Shown one piece after another: positions 10,732-20,779 of a stretch of DNA of 64,000 bases (positions within the stretch are counted from its first letter, which is position 1; every line of letters begins with the position of its first letter). The DNA comes from Patescibacteria group bacterium (GTDB lineage: Bacteria > Patescibacteriota > UBA1384 > XYA2-FULL-43-10 > 1-14-0-10-43-13). The DNA lies in the NCBI GenBank assembly GCA_041671645.1, contig JBAZBD010000001.1, positions 479,234 to 543,233 of the forward strand, in the 5' to 3' direction. Under the pieces are notes generated by a model that ran no database searches, had not been told where the DNA came from, and saw only the letters and a program-made list of their open reading frames with translations. The position numbers were made by a program, and so were the translations under genes.

Positions 10732-11844
10732 GTGTCTAAACTCAAAACAATTGATATTGCGATATTTATTATACCTATTGTCTTCTTGGCTGTTAGCATT
10801 GCAATTATATATAGCCTTGTGATGGGAACGAATAATGAATCCCTCTGGTCGAAGCAGGCCATGGTTGGCTTGGTCGGCATCGTAGCGATGGTCGGCGTAT
10901 GCTTTGTCGATTACCGTCAGTTTCGGGGCGTTTCGGCGATCCTCTATATTATATCGATTCTATTGCTCATAATTGTCGAATTTGTGGGCAAAACTGTGAA
11001 CGGAGCCATGAACTGGATTGACCTTGGTTTTTTCCAACTTCAGCCTTCCGAGGTGGCAAAAGTATTTTTGATTATTGTTTTGGCCTCATTTTTCTCACGA
11101 AAAATCGGGAAAATTAGTTGGAGCGATATATTCACATCTTTTTTGATCGTGGCGTTGCCTCTCATTTTGATATTGCTCGAACCAGACTTCGGTACGGGAC
11201 TGATCGTAATCTTAATGTATCTGACCATGCTGATTATGTCGAAACCGACACGTGCGCAGATCCTCACCCTGGTTCTTACGGTTGTTGTAGTACTCTCGAT
11301 CGGGTTTGGCGCGTATATGAAAGTTAAGCCCTTCGATCGGATGCTTAGGGATTATCAGAGACACCGCATCGCGGTTTTCTTGGATCCTAGTTTGGCGCCC
11401 ACAAAAGAGGGCTACAATGTAAAGCAGGCTCAAATCACAGTGGGCTCTGGCGGAATGTTTGGCAGGGGATTGGGCAAGGGTTCTCAGAGTCAGCTTCGCT
11501 TCCTGCCTGAATCTCATACTGATTTTATTTTTTCTGGGATTGCTGAATCGTTTGGCTTCTTGGGGAGTGGTTTTTTCCTATTTTTATATTGTTTTTTCTT
11601 GTATCGTCTTATACAAATTGGACAGTCCGCCAGAGATAATTTTGGCCTTCTGATCGTAGTTGGCGCAGTTAGCATGTTTTTCTACCAAGTTTTAATCAGC
11701 GTAGGCATGAATATCGGCCTACTTCCAGTCACCGGCATCCCGCTACCACTTATGAGTTATGGCGGAACTTCACTTTTTGTCTCTCTATTTGTGATTGGTC
11801 TGGTCCAGAGTATTCATATCCATCGCCAGAGGAAATCGTTTTGA
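10732..11844 (+). CDS. rodA: SEDS peptidoglycan glycosyltransferase RodA
   Basis: LQPSE, EPDFG, LPESHTDFIF, TGIPLPLMSYGGTS. Confidence 0.9.
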   Translation: MSKLKTIDIAIFIIPIVFLAVSIAIIYSLVMGTNNESLWSKQAMVGLVGIVAMVGVCFVDYRQFRGVSAILYIISILLLIIVEFVGKTVNGAMNWIDLGFFQLQPSEVAKVFLIIVLASFFSRKIGKISWSDIFTSFLIVALPLILILLEPDFGTGLIVILMYLTMLIMSKPTRAQILTLVLTVVVVLSIGFGAYMKVKPFDRMLRDYQRHRIAVFLDPSLAPTKEGYNVKQAQITVGSGGMFGRGLGKGSQSQLRFLPESHTDFIFSGIAESFGFLGSGFFLFLYCFFLYRLIQIGQSARDNFGLLIVVGAVSMFFYQVLISVGMNIGLLPVTGIPLPLMSYGGTSLFVSLFVIGLVQSIHIHRQRKSF

Positions 11845-11854
11845 TCGGCAAGTA

Positions 11855-11883
11855 TTGACAAAATATGAGCGTGTGATATTATT
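11855..11883 (+). promoter_or_regulatory. sigma70-like promoter for rplU-secE-nusG-rplK
   Basis: TTGACA at 11855 with an AT-rich -10 region about 17 bp downstream; short GACC-TCC-GGTC hairpin follows. Confidence 0.5.
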
Positions 11884-11927
11884 ACTGTAATTAGACCTCC
11901 GGTCTTTTTTAAGTTAGGAGTATACAA

Positions 11928-12236
11928 ATGTTTGCAGTTATTTCGTACAATGGAAACCAGTACAAATTCGAGGAGAACAAAGAATATAATATCGCTCTGA
12001 TTGAAACTAGCGAGAAGGATATTGTTTTTGACGACGTTTTATTGGTCAGCACCGAAAAAGAAATTCTAGTTGGAGAGCCGAATGTAAAGGGTGCTTCAGT
12101 AAAAGCCGAGATTATCGGTCTTGCTCGTGGCAAGAAATTGACCGCTATGAAATTTAAAGCCAAGGCTCGCGTCAAAAAAACGCTGGGTCACAAGCAGGAT
12201 TATACCCGGATCAAGGTTATAACAATTAATAGCTAA
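11928..12236 (+). CDS. rplU: 50S ribosomal protein L21
   Basis: MFAVI...GNQY, GHKQDYT. Confidence 0.95.
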   Translation: MFAVISYNGNQYKFEENKEYNIALIETSEKDIVFDDVLLVSTEKEILVGEPNVKGASVKAEIIGLARGKKLTAMKFKAKARVKKTLGHKQDYTRIKVITINS

Positions 12237-12237
12237 T

Positions 12238-12429
12238 ATGAATAGCATTACAAATTACTTCAAAGGGGTGTATCTAGAACTTAAGAAAGTAAGCTGGCCT
12301 ACTCGTAAAGAGGTCATAAACCATACAATCATCGTATTAGTATCCGCGAGTTTGGCTGTAGCCATCACGGCAAGCATCGACTTCGGTCTAACGAAATTAG
12401 TGCAATTTATTATTGAGAATAAAAAATAA
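12238..12429 (+). CDS. secE: Preprotein translocase SecE
   Basis: ELKKVSWPTRKE plus one TM; upstream of nusG. Confidence 0.95.
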   Translation: MNSITNYFKGVYLELKKVSWPTRKEVINHTIIVLVSASLAVAITASIDFGLTKLVQFIIENKK

Positions 12430-12430
12430 C

Positions 12431-13048
12431 ATGGCACCAAAAGAACCAAAACAAGAACTCGAAGAAGAAATCAAAGTTGACGAATCTGCTGAATCAAAGC
12501 AGTTTTTGACCTTGAAGCAGACTGGTGAACGCAACTGGTATGTGATTCATACCTATTCTGGATATGAGGAGCAAGTTGCCGATTCTTTGAAACAGAGAAT
12601 CGAATCCATGAACATGGAAGATAAGATCTTCGATGTTATCGTGCCAAAAGAAAAACAGATTGAAATCAAAAACGGTAAGCGCAAAACTGTCGAAAAGAAG
12701 ATTTTCCCTGGTTATGTCCTTGTTGATATGATTGTTACTGATGACTCTTGGTATGTCGTCCGAAATACGCCGAATGTTACTGGCTTTATTGGTTTCGGTG
12801 TTCGTCCTACCCCAATGTCAAAGGAAGAAATTGATCGCATCAAGAAGAGAATGGGCGTCGAAGAGCCAAAATATCAGATTGATTTCCGAGTTAATGATTT
12901 GGTCAAAATTACCGATGGAGCTCTCAAGGGTTTCGAAGGTAAGATTGAAGAAATTGACCAGAACAAAGGCAAGATCAAGGTCTTGGTTAATATGTTTGGT
13001 CGCGAGACCCCAGTAAATCTAGACTTTTTACAAGTTGTGAAAATATAA
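12431..13048 (+). CDS. nusG: Transcription factor NusG
   Basis: WYVIHTYSGYE, FPGYVLV, KOW domain, MFGRETPV. Confidence 0.97.
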   Translation: MAPKEPKQELEEEIKVDESAESKQFLTLKQTGERNWYVIHTYSGYEEQVADSLKQRIESMNMEDKIFDVIVPKEKQIEIKNGKRKTVEKKIFPGYVLVDMIVTDDSWYVVRNTPNVTGFIGFGVRPTPMSKEEIDRIKKRMGVEEPKYQIDFRVNDLVKITDGALKGFEGKIEEIDQNKGKIKVLVNMFGRETPVNLDFLQVVKI

Positions 13049-13105
13049 TAATATAGGATTCGAGGTTCAAAGACGCTTCTACTTTAGACCCTCCAAAGCA
13101 AAATC

Positions 13106-13531
13106 ATGGCAAAAGCAATAAAAGCAGTTATCAAATTACAATGTCCAGCAGGTAAAGCAAATCCTGCACCTCCAGTCGGCCCAGCACTTGGTCAGCATGG
13201 TTTGAATATCATGGAATTCTGCACCAAGTTCAACGAGGCTACTAGGGAAAAGGGCGACTTCATCATTCCTGTAGAGATTACGGTTTATGAAGATAGAACT
13301 TATACCTTCATTCTGAAGCAGCCACCCGCAGCCGTATTGGTTATGAAAGCCGTTAAGGCCGCTAAGGGCAGCGACAACTCCAAGAAAAATAAGGTTGGCA
13401 AGATTACTCAAGCTCAGCTCGAAGAAATCGCAAACACAAAAATGTCAGATCTAAACGCAAATGACATCGAAGCGGCCAAGAAGATCATCGCCGGTACAGC
13501 TCGAAGCATGGGCGTTGAAGTAGAGAAATAA
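13106..13531 (+). CDS. rplK: 50S ribosomal protein L11
   Basis: [22 protein letters not shown]. Confidence 0.98.
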   Translation: MAKAIKAVIKLQCPAGKANPAPPVGPALGQHGLNIMEFCTKFNEATREKGDFIIPVEITVYEDRTYTFILKQPPAAVLVMKAVKAAKGSDNSKKNKVGKITQAQLEEIANTKMSDLNANDIEAAKKIIAGTARSMGVEVEK

Positions 13532-13566
13532 ACTTCTTTTAACTTCATACATAATATGATAAAACA

Positions 13567-13608
13567 AAAGAACCCCCTCCGCCAGCTGGCGGATCGGGGA
13601 TTCTTTTT
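13567..13608 (+). terminator. Intrinsic terminator after rplK containing a TCCGCC-AGCT-GGCGGA palindrome
   Basis: GC-rich stem flanked by A and T tracts. Confidence 0.75.
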
Positions 13609-13716
13609 GTAGAGATGTACTGACGTTGACCAGAGAAAGCGAAAGGAGGGGCAACACTTTTCCAATCTTCGCCGGTATTGATCTTACTTATTCATGATAG
13701 CCAAAATGAAGTCAAA

Positions 13717-15576
13717 ATGTCAACATTGAACAGAATAATCATACAAAGTCATAACAAATATCCTTTCAGGGAGCTGATTTCTTCTCTACTTGATTTTGGA
13801 TATGAAAGAGAACAGGACGAAATCAAAAGCGGTTACTTCGGGATCTCAGGAGGAGTAATCAAAATTTTTCCTGTTAACGATAAAGATATTTACCTCGTCG
13901 AATTCTTTGGCGATGAGGTTGATGCCATGTATATACTTCGCGATGGCAAGCAGGAAAAGTTTTTTGGCAGCTTAGTAATTGAAAAAAATATCGTCAAGTT
14001 ATCAGATGGAAGCATATTGTCACCCGAAAGTTATGCAGTCCATGAAGATTATGGCATTGGCCAGTTTCGCAACATTGAGACATTGCTCTTGCCAGATGGC
14101 GAACAAGTAAAATACATAAATTTTATTTATCTAAATGAAGAAGTATTACGTGTGCCTGAAAATCAGATAGATAAATTGTCGCGCTATATCGGTGTGGGAC
14201 AGCGAAAACCGAAATTGAACAGACTCGGTAGCGTCGCCTGGAAGAATACATATAAGAGAACCTACGAAAACGCATTGCTCCTAGCCAGAGAATTGCTGAC
14301 AGTTTATGCCAAAAGGCAAATTGCTGAGAAGAAGAAAATGATAATCAATACGGAATGGGATACCCTGGCTCGTAAAACCTTCGATTTCACTGAAACCGTC
14401 GACCAAATGAATGCTATTGAAAGTGTATATGCCGACCTCTCTGCTGATGTGCCTTCGGACAGATTGATTTGTGGCGACGTTGGCTTCGGCAAGACTGAGG
14501 TAGCTCTTAGAGCGGCGGTCCAAGCGGTAGCAAATGGTTATCAGGTTGCCATGCTAGTACCTACAACGATATTGGCAGAACAACATTACATAAATTTCGT
14601 TCGCAGACTCGCTCATACTCCAATCCGGGTAGGTCATTTGAGCCGTTTTGTCTCTGACGAACAGAGCAAAGAGACGGTCAAAGGTTTGGCCGACGGTAGC
14701 GTGGATATTGTAGTTAGTACTCACAAGCTTATTAGGTCTGAAATCAAGTTTAAAAATTTGGGGCTCTTGGTGATTGATGAGGAGCAAAAATTTGGAGTCA
14801 AGGATAAGGAGAAGCTCAAGGATTATCGCTCAAACATAGATTGCTTGACTCTGACTGCCACACCGATCCCAAGGACGATGTATATGGCCCTGTCTGGAGT
14901 CAGAAGTATATCTCAAATATCCTCGATTCCGGAGGGAAGAAGAAGCGTAGAAACAGAGATAGCAAAGTATTATGAAACCACAATCAAGACATACATTGAT
15001 CGTGAAATTGAGAGAAAAGGGCAGATTTACTTCTTGCATAATCGAGTCCAGTCAATCGGCGGGACCAAGCGAATGTTGTCGAAACTTTACCCATCTCTAA
15101 ATATAGAGATCGCGCACGGGCAGATGCCGGAGCGTCTTTTGGCCAAAAGGATGATCGATTTTACGGAAGGGAAAATAGATATTTTGGTCTGCTCCACGAT
15201 CATTGAAAGCGGTATTGATCTGCCTAACGTCAATACTTTGATTGTTGAGGAATCAGACCGATTTGGTCTATCTCAACTTTATCAAATACGTGGAAGGATC
15301 GGTCGAAGCACTCGACAATCATACGCACTTTTCACTTACAAAAATAAGAAAATGACAAATAATGCGGTCAAGCGACTTGAAGCTCTGTCTCACAATACTG
15401 AGCTCGGTACGGGGTTCGAAATTGCATTATCCGATTTGGAAATTAGGGGAGGCGGGAATATCTTGGGCAAGGAACAGCATGGCAGTATGGAGGCGGTAGG
15501 ATTGATGCTCTACTCGAAACTATTGAAACTAGCCGTTGATAGGCTGAAAGAGGGAAATCTGTTAGAATTAGCTTAA
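13717..15576 (+). CDS. mfd: Transcription-repair coupling factor Mfd, shortened form
   Basis: UvrB-homology D2 segment, CarD-like RID (VHEDYGIG), GDVGFGKT, DEEQ, TATPIPRT, QIRGRIGR, TRG motif DLEIRGGG; ends right after TRG. Confidence 0.9.
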   Translation: MSTLNRIIIQSHNKYPFRELISSLLDFGYEREQDEIKSGYFGISGGVIKIFPVNDKDIYLVEFFGDEVDAMYILRDGKQEKFFGSLVIEKNIVKLSDGSILSPESYAVHEDYGIGQFRNIETLLLPDGEQVKYINFIYLNEEVLRVPENQIDKLSRYIGVGQRKPKLNRLGSVAWKNTYKRTYENALLLARELLTVYAKRQIAEKKKMIINTEWDTLARKTFDFTETVDQMNAIESVYADLSADVPSDRLICGDVGFGKTEVALRAAVQAVANGYQVAMLVPTTILAEQHYINFVRRLAHTPIRVGHLSRFVSDEQSKETVKGLADGSVDIVVSTHKLIRSEIKFKNLGLLVIDEEQKFGVKDKEKLKDYRSNIDCLTLTATPIPRTMYMALSGVRSISQISSIPEGRRSVETEIAKYYETTIKTYIDREIERKGQIYFLHNRVQSIGGTKRMLSKLYPSLNIEIAHGQMPERLLAKRMIDFTEGKIDILVCSTIIESGIDLPNVNTLIVEESDRFGLSQLYQIRGRIGRSTRQSYALFTYKNKKMTNNAVKRLEALSHNTELGTGFEIALSDLEIRGGGNILGKEQHGSMEAVGLMLYSKLLKLAVDRLKEGNLLELA

Positions 15577-16661
15577 TGGCTAATTTTGATCACAAAATTA
15601 TTCTTGCGCTCAATGCTCACCCCAAAATTGGGAGCCAAACTCTCAAGAAGCTGATTTTTGCTGTCAGCAACCCCGAACAGCTTTGGACCTTATCCAAAAA
15701 TGAACTAAGCCGAAAGATCGAGCCAAAGCTGTTGGAACTTCTGTTTCAAGCACGCGCAGACTACCAGCCGGAGTTGGAATTCGAAAAGATTAAAAAGTAT
15801 GATGTTGGCTATGTCACCATTTTTGACAAAGAATATCCGACATTACTTAAGGAAATTCCTGATGCGCCAGTCATACTATATATGAGAGGAAGCCCGGAAG
15901 CGCTCAAAAGACCGGGCCTCGGAGTAGTTGGAAGCCGAAAGTATACCGATTATGGCTCGAGCGTAGCTTACAAGCTAACAAAGTCATTGGCAGAAAGTGG
16001 TCTCACAATAATCTCTGGCCTAGCTCTCGGGATTGATGCAATCGCGCATCAAGCAGCGCTCGACGCAAATGGTATGACGGTTGGCGTCCTTGGCTGCGGT
16101 CTGGATCGGATTTACCCTGTGTCAAATCACAATCTTGGCAAAGCGATGATCGAGAGAGGCGGTGCAATAATCTCTGAATTTCCGATTGGCACGCCACCGA
16201 CAAATTATAATTTTCCGATCAGAAATAGAATTATCGCTGGACTAAGCCTGGGCACTCTGGTTGTCGAAGCGGCGTTGGATTCTGGCTCTTTGATTACTGC
16301 CGGTCTAGCGCTTGACTATAATCGTGAGGTTTTTGCCGTGCCAGGAGGAATCGACTCGCCGATGTCGGAGGGAACCAATAAATTAATCAAACAGGGCGCT
16401 ATTCCCGTGACCTGTGCAAGTGATGTCTTGTCCGTCTTGGACATCGAGGAGAAGAAAAGCGCCGAGAAGGCGAGAGAGATTCTGCCTGAAAATGAAAATG
16501 AAAAGAAGATATATGAAATTTTGAGATCGGGGGAGCGGTCTGGCGATGAAATAATCAAAGCCTCAAAACTAAATGTGATAGAGCTCAATTCTGTACTGAC
16601 GATGATGGAGCTAAAGGGCATGGTCAAAAATATTGGTGGGGGAAGATATAAAATAAGTTAA
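15576..16661 (+). CDS. dprA: DNA-processing protein DprA
   Basis: VVGSR, SGLALGID, FPIRNRII, VFAVPG, C-terminal wHTH. Confidence 0.96.
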   Translation: MANFDHKIILALNAHPKIGSQTLKKLIFAVSNPEQLWTLSKNELSRKIEPKLLELLFQARADYQPELEFEKIKKYDVGYVTIFDKEYPTLLKEIPDAPVILYMRGSPEALKRPGLGVVGSRKYTDYGSSVAYKLTKSLAESGLTIISGLALGIDAIAHQAALDANGMTVGVLGCGLDRIYPVSNHNLGKAMIERGGAIISEFPIGTPPTNYNFPIRNRIIAGLSLGTLVVEAALDSGSLITAGLALDYNREVFAVPGGIDSPMSEGTNKLIKQGAIPVTCASDVLSVLDIEEKKSAEKAREILPENENEKKIYEILRSGERSGDEIIKASKLNVIELNSVLTMMELKGMVKNIGGGRYKIS

Positions 16662-16764
16662 AAGCGGAAAGTTATAAAGTATAAAGTAATATTGATTTGA
16701 ATAAACCAATTTCTTCTGGTAACTTAACCATAGCAAAATAAAAACAAAATTAACTGAAGGAATT

Positions 16765-18972
16765 ATGAATTTAGTCATCGTAGAGTCTCCAGCCAAAGCC
16801 AAGACAATCGAGAAATATTTGGGCAAGGATTACAAAGTCCTGGCCTCTTATGGTCATGTCCGTGATTTGCCAGAAAAATCTCTCGGAGTCGATGTGGCCA
16901 AGAATTACGAGCCAGAGTATGCGATATTGCCAAAAGCCAAGAAAGCGCTTGCGGCCTTAAAATCAGCTCTCAGCGGCGCCGACAAAGTCTATCTCGCAAC
17001 TGACTTGGACCGAGAAGGAGAAGCGATATCTTGGCATCTGACTTTTGCACTGGGCCTGAACAAGAAAAAAGACAAAATCAATCGAATTACTTTTCATGAA
17101 ATTACCAAATCTGCGATCGAAAAAGCGGTAGCGAATCCACGAGATCTCGATATTAATTTAGTAGATGCACAGCAAGCACGCCGAGTTCTTGACCGCTTGG
17201 TCGGTTATAAATTGAGCCCATTGCTCTGGAAAAAGGTAAAGAAGGGCCTGTCTGCTGGTCGTGTTCAATCGGTAGCGGTCCGTCTGGTAGTTGAGCGCGA
17301 AAAAGAAATCGAAGCGTTTAAGCCCGAAGAGTATTGGCTGCTCGGCGTTGACCTGTCCAAAAAAGATAAAAAGGAAACATTTTCCGCCTATCTCGTCGAG
17401 ATGGACAAGAAGGCTATTGGCAAAATGTCGATCAAGACAAAGGCAGAGGCGGACAAGATCGAAAAAGACTTGACCGATGCCGAATATGAGGTCATCGAAG
17501 TTAAACATGAGGACTCATATCGCAAGCCTGCCGCACCTTTCACTACCTCAACTCTTCAGATGGAAGCGGCCAGAAAACTCGGCTTCTCGCCAAAACAAAC
17601 GATGATGATGGCTCAAATGCTCTACGAAGATGGCCACATCACATATATGCGTACTGACTCGATGAATCTGTCTGCTGAATCAATCTCTGCAATTCAGAAA
17701 TTGATCGTCAAGGATTATGGCGAGAAGTATTTGGCTAAGGGCGGCAGAGTCTTCGCCACCAAGGCCAAACATGCTCAGGAGGCGCACGAAGCGATTCGCC
17801 CAACCCATTTTGAAAATTCCAACGTCAGCAATGATCGCAGAGCTCAGAAATTGTATGAATTGATTTGGAAGAGAACGGTTGCGACCCAAATGACAGACGC
17901 CCTCTTTGATGTGATCTCGGCCAGAATATCGGCAGTATCAAACAAATATATTTTTCAGACCAAAGGTGAAATTATCAAATTTGACGGCTTCATGACCGTA
18001 TATCTTGAGGGCAAAGACGAAGAAACCGAGGAAGCAATTAGCAAAATCCCAGCTCTTGTCATGGGCGAGATGCTGAAATTTATCCAGATGATCAAGGATC
18101 AGAAATTTACTGAGCCGCCAAAACGTTACACTGAGGCAATGCTAGTCAAGAAGCTTGAGAGTTTGGGCATCGGCCGACCTTCTACCTATGCGCCAACACT
18201 TGAAACGATCAAGAATCGCGGTTACGTCGAGCTGCTCGAAAAGAAATTTTCGCCGACCGAGATTGGCACGATTGTTTCGGATCTGCTGGTCAAGCATTTC
18301 GCTGAGATAGTGGACTACAAATTTACGGCTGATATGGAAGACGAATTCGATGAAATTGCCGAGGGGAAGCTTGAATGGCATAAGGTGATCGATGATTTCT
18401 ACAAGCCATTTGCCGCTAATCTTACGGTGAAGAACAAGGAACTAGAGAAAAGCGAGATCATGCCGGTCGAAGAAACCGGGGAGAAATGTCCCGAATGTGG
18501 CGCACCGCTCGTGATCCGTCACGGCCGGTTTGGCAAATTTGTCGCTTGTTCTGGCTATCCAAAGTGCAAATATTCCAAGCCCCTTGAAACCAAAGCAGAG
18601 AATAAAAATTTGCAAGTTGTCGGTAGCGACGGTGATGTCGAAAGTGTGAAAGAGGCGGAGGAACAGAAATGCGAGAAGTGTGGCGGCAAGATGATTATGA
18701 AAGAGGGAAGATTCGGCAAATTCTTGGCCTGCGAAAATTATCCAAAATGCAAAAATACCTTGGCAGTCGTCGGTAAGACCGGGGTCAAATGCCCTGAATG
18801 CGAAAAGGGCGAACTGATCGCGCGAACAACCAAGAAAAGGCGAACCTTCTGGGGTTGCTCCAAATATCCAGATTGCAAATATGCGACTTGGGACAATCCA
18901 ACTCAGCCAAAGGAAGAAAAAGTCAAAAAAGAATCAGAAACGACAGAAACCGTAATTGAGGGAGCTGAATAA
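16765..18972 (+). CDS. topA: DNA topoisomerase I with three C-terminal zinc ribbons
   Basis: IVESPAKAK, DLDREGE, SAGRVQS, ITYMRTDS, three CPxC/CExC ribbons. Confidence 0.97.
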   Translation: MNLVIVESPAKAKTIEKYLGKDYKVLASYGHVRDLPEKSLGVDVAKNYEPEYAILPKAKKALAALKSALSGADKVYLATDLDREGEAISWHLTFALGLNKKKDKINRITFHEITKSAIEKAVANPRDLDINLVDAQQARRVLDRLVGYKLSPLLWKKVKKGLSAGRVQSVAVRLVVEREKEIEAFKPEEYWLLGVDLSKKDKKETFSAYLVEMDKKAIGKMSIKTKAEADKIEKDLTDAEYEVIEVKHEDSYRKPAAPFTTSTLQMEAARKLGFSPKQTMMMAQMLYEDGHITYMRTDSMNLSAESISAIQKLIVKDYGEKYLAKGGRVFATKAKHAQEAHEAIRPTHFENSNVSNDRRAQKLYELIWKRTVATQMTDALFDVISARISAVSNKYIFQTKGEIIKFDGFMTVYLEGKDEETEEAISKIPALVMGEMLKFIQMIKDQKFTEPPKRYTEAMLVKKLESLGIGRPSTYAPTLETIKNRGYVELLEKKFSPTEIGTIVSDLLVKHFAEIVDYKFTADMEDEFDEIAEGKLEWHKVIDDFYKPFAANLTVKNKELEKSEIMPVEETGEKCPECGAPLVIRHGRFGKFVACSGYPKCKYSKPLETKAENKNLQVVGSDGDVESVKEAEEQKCEKCGGKMIMKEGRFGKFLACENYPKCKNTLAVVGKTGVKCPECEKGELIARTTKKRRTFWGCSKYPDCKYATWDNPTQPKEEKVKKESETTETVIEGAE

Positions 18973-18982
18973 TTTTTGGCAC

Positions 18983-19594
18983 ATGATTACACCAGAGCAA
19001 AAAATAGTCGCTTTGCAAAAGGCGAAAGAGTGGATAGTGAAAATCGACGACCCAATGCACAGTGTGCCGCACATGGAGCAGACCTTTGCTTATGCGATGG
19101 ATCTTGCAGTTTCTTACCCTGAAGCAGATCGTGATATCTTGGAAATTGCCGTTTGGTGGCATGATGTCGGCCGAGTCTTTCTCGATGACGGCCATGCCCA
19201 AAAGAGTGCGGAAATGGCAGGGGAGTCCCTTGGGAGTATTGGAATAGATCCAGGTGATGTAGCCAAAATCTGCGCCATGATTGAGAGCCATAGCAACTCG
19301 AGCACGACGAAGCCAGCCTCGCTGGAAGCTATCATTCTGAAAGATGCAGACAAGCTCGATTTCCTGACCGTATCGCGTTGGCAGATTGGGATTGGGGATG
19401 AGAGATCAAAGGAAATAAATATTGGAATTAGCAAAATCCCAGCCATCGGCAGAGAAATCTTAAAGTTGCCTGAGTCGAAAATCATGTACGAGAAACTATT
19501 TGTGCAATTGGTAAAATATTTGAAGACCGCAGATAATGCTTTTATCAATAATCTTAAACCTAGAATCAGGGAAGAATGGAAAGTTGAAGTTTAA
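18983..19594 (+). CDS. HD-domain phosphohydrolase
   Basis: HSVPH, WWHDVG, H...DADKLD. Confidence 0.85.
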   Translation: MITPEQKIVALQKAKEWIVKIDDPMHSVPHMEQTFAYAMDLAVSYPEADRDILEIAVWWHDVGRVFLDDGHAQKSAEMAGESLGSIGIDPGDVAKICAMIESHSNSSTTKPASLEAIILKDADKLDFLTVSRWQIGIGDERSKEINIGISKIPAIGREILKLPESKIMYEKLFVQLVKYLKTADNAFINNLKPRIREEWKVEV

Positions 19595-19596
19595 CT

Positions 19597-20199
19597 ATGT
19601 TGCCAAAATCTGTTCAAAATTTAATTGATGAATTTAGCAAATTGCCCGGCGTAGGCCCGAAAACGGCGGCGCGACTGGCCTTTTATTTGTTGACCAAGCC
19701 AAAGTCGGATATCGAAAATCTTGGTTCCTCTGTTCTCGGCCTGGCCAATAATCTTCAATATTGCAAAGAGTGTTTCAACATCGCGGAGGAAGAAATTTGC
19801 CTGATTTGCGACAACGACCGACGAAACAAGAATATTATCATGGTGGTCGAAGAGCCGCTAGATGTGATAGCGCTAGAGAAATCTCTTCCCTTTGAGGGTG
19901 TTTATCATGTTTTGGGCGGCGTGGTCTCGCCGATCAACGGAGTTGGTCCAGATGACTTGAGAATCGCTCAGCTGATCGAACGTATCAAAAACGGAGCGGT
20001 CGAAGAGATTGTATTGGCTACGAATCCAAATCTCGAAGGAGAAGCGACAGCGGCCTATATTAAGGACAGAATCAATCAGTTAAATTTAGACAACCTTAGA
20101 ATCACCCGCATTGCTCGTGGCCTGCCAGTGGGAGGAGATCTAGAGTACGCAGACGAAGTCACCTTGAAGCGATCAATCGAAGGCAGACGAGACTACTAA
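19597..20199 (+). CDS. recR: Recombination mediator RecR
   Basis: LPGVGPKTA HhH, C4 zinc finger, YHVLGG, NPNLEGEATA, DLEYAD. Confidence 0.97.
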   Translation: MLPKSVQNLIDEFSKLPGVGPKTAARLAFYLLTKPKSDIENLGSSVLGLANNLQYCKECFNIAEEEICLICDNDRRNKNIIMVVEEPLDVIALEKSLPFEGVYHVLGGVVSPINGVGPDDLRIAQLIERIKNGAVEEIVLATNPNLEGEATAAYIKDRINQLNLDNLRITRIARGLPVGGDLEYADEVTLKRSIEGRRDY

Positions 20200-20445
20200 C
20201 CGCTCTTCGAGCGAAATTATTAATTTCTAATTTCTAATTGATCTAAATAAATCCTAAATCCAAATTTCTAAACTTAAATAGATTCTAATGTTAAAAACTA
20301 AGAATTATAAAATTAGTATTTGATTAGAAATTAGTAATTAGGAATTAGAAATTCTCTATGGTGGATAACTATTATTGACTTTTCTTCCAGCCCATAGCTA
20401 CAATCCATCTCAGGTATCAGAAAATTAAAACAAAAAAGAGGGAGC

Positions 20446-20673
20446 ATGAGGAAGGAAAGCACCTATTATTGTCCAAATTATTGTGGGATAGAGAGGAACG
20501 AAGCAATCACGTGCCCAGAGTGCGGGATTCCGCTCATGGCTATCGACGAGATCGAAAAAGATACTGAGGACGACGAATTTTCTCCAAAAACACAGGGTAT
20601 GAGTGAACTAGACGAAGATCCGACTATTGCAACTTGGGGAGATGAAAGCGAAGAAGGGTTCAGCGCAATCTAA
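20446..20673 (+). CDS. Small Cys-rich metal-binding protein with acidic tail
   Basis: YYCPNYC...CPECGIPL; GAGGGAG RBS; candidate TTGACT/TACAAT promoter upstream and terminator downstream. Confidence 0.7.
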   Translation: MRKESTYYCPNYCGIERNEAITCPECGIPLMAIDEIEKDTEDDEFSPKTQGMSELDEDPTIATWGDESEEGFSAI

Positions 20674-20687
20674 AATATACAAAGACT

Positions 20688-20710
20688 AGCCTCCGGAGAC
20701 GGAGGCTTTT
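20688..20710 (+). terminator. Intrinsic terminator
   Basis: AGCCTCCG-GAGA-CGGAGGCT-TTT. Confidence 0.75.
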
Positions 20711-20779
20711 GTTATTGATAAGAGGGGAAATTGTGCTATCTTTAATAGTAGGAAACAGAAATCATAGAAAGGCTACATT

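Noticed and set aside
13050-13100. tRNA suggested by GGATTCGA/GGTTCAAA
   Set aside because: No cloverleaf can be formed; it is a simple hairpin in the rplK leader.
20200-20400. AT-rich region with a DnaA-box-like GGTGGATAA as oriC
   Set aside because: Single imperfect box, no dnaA and no strand divergence; the AT richness is explained by heptamer repeats.
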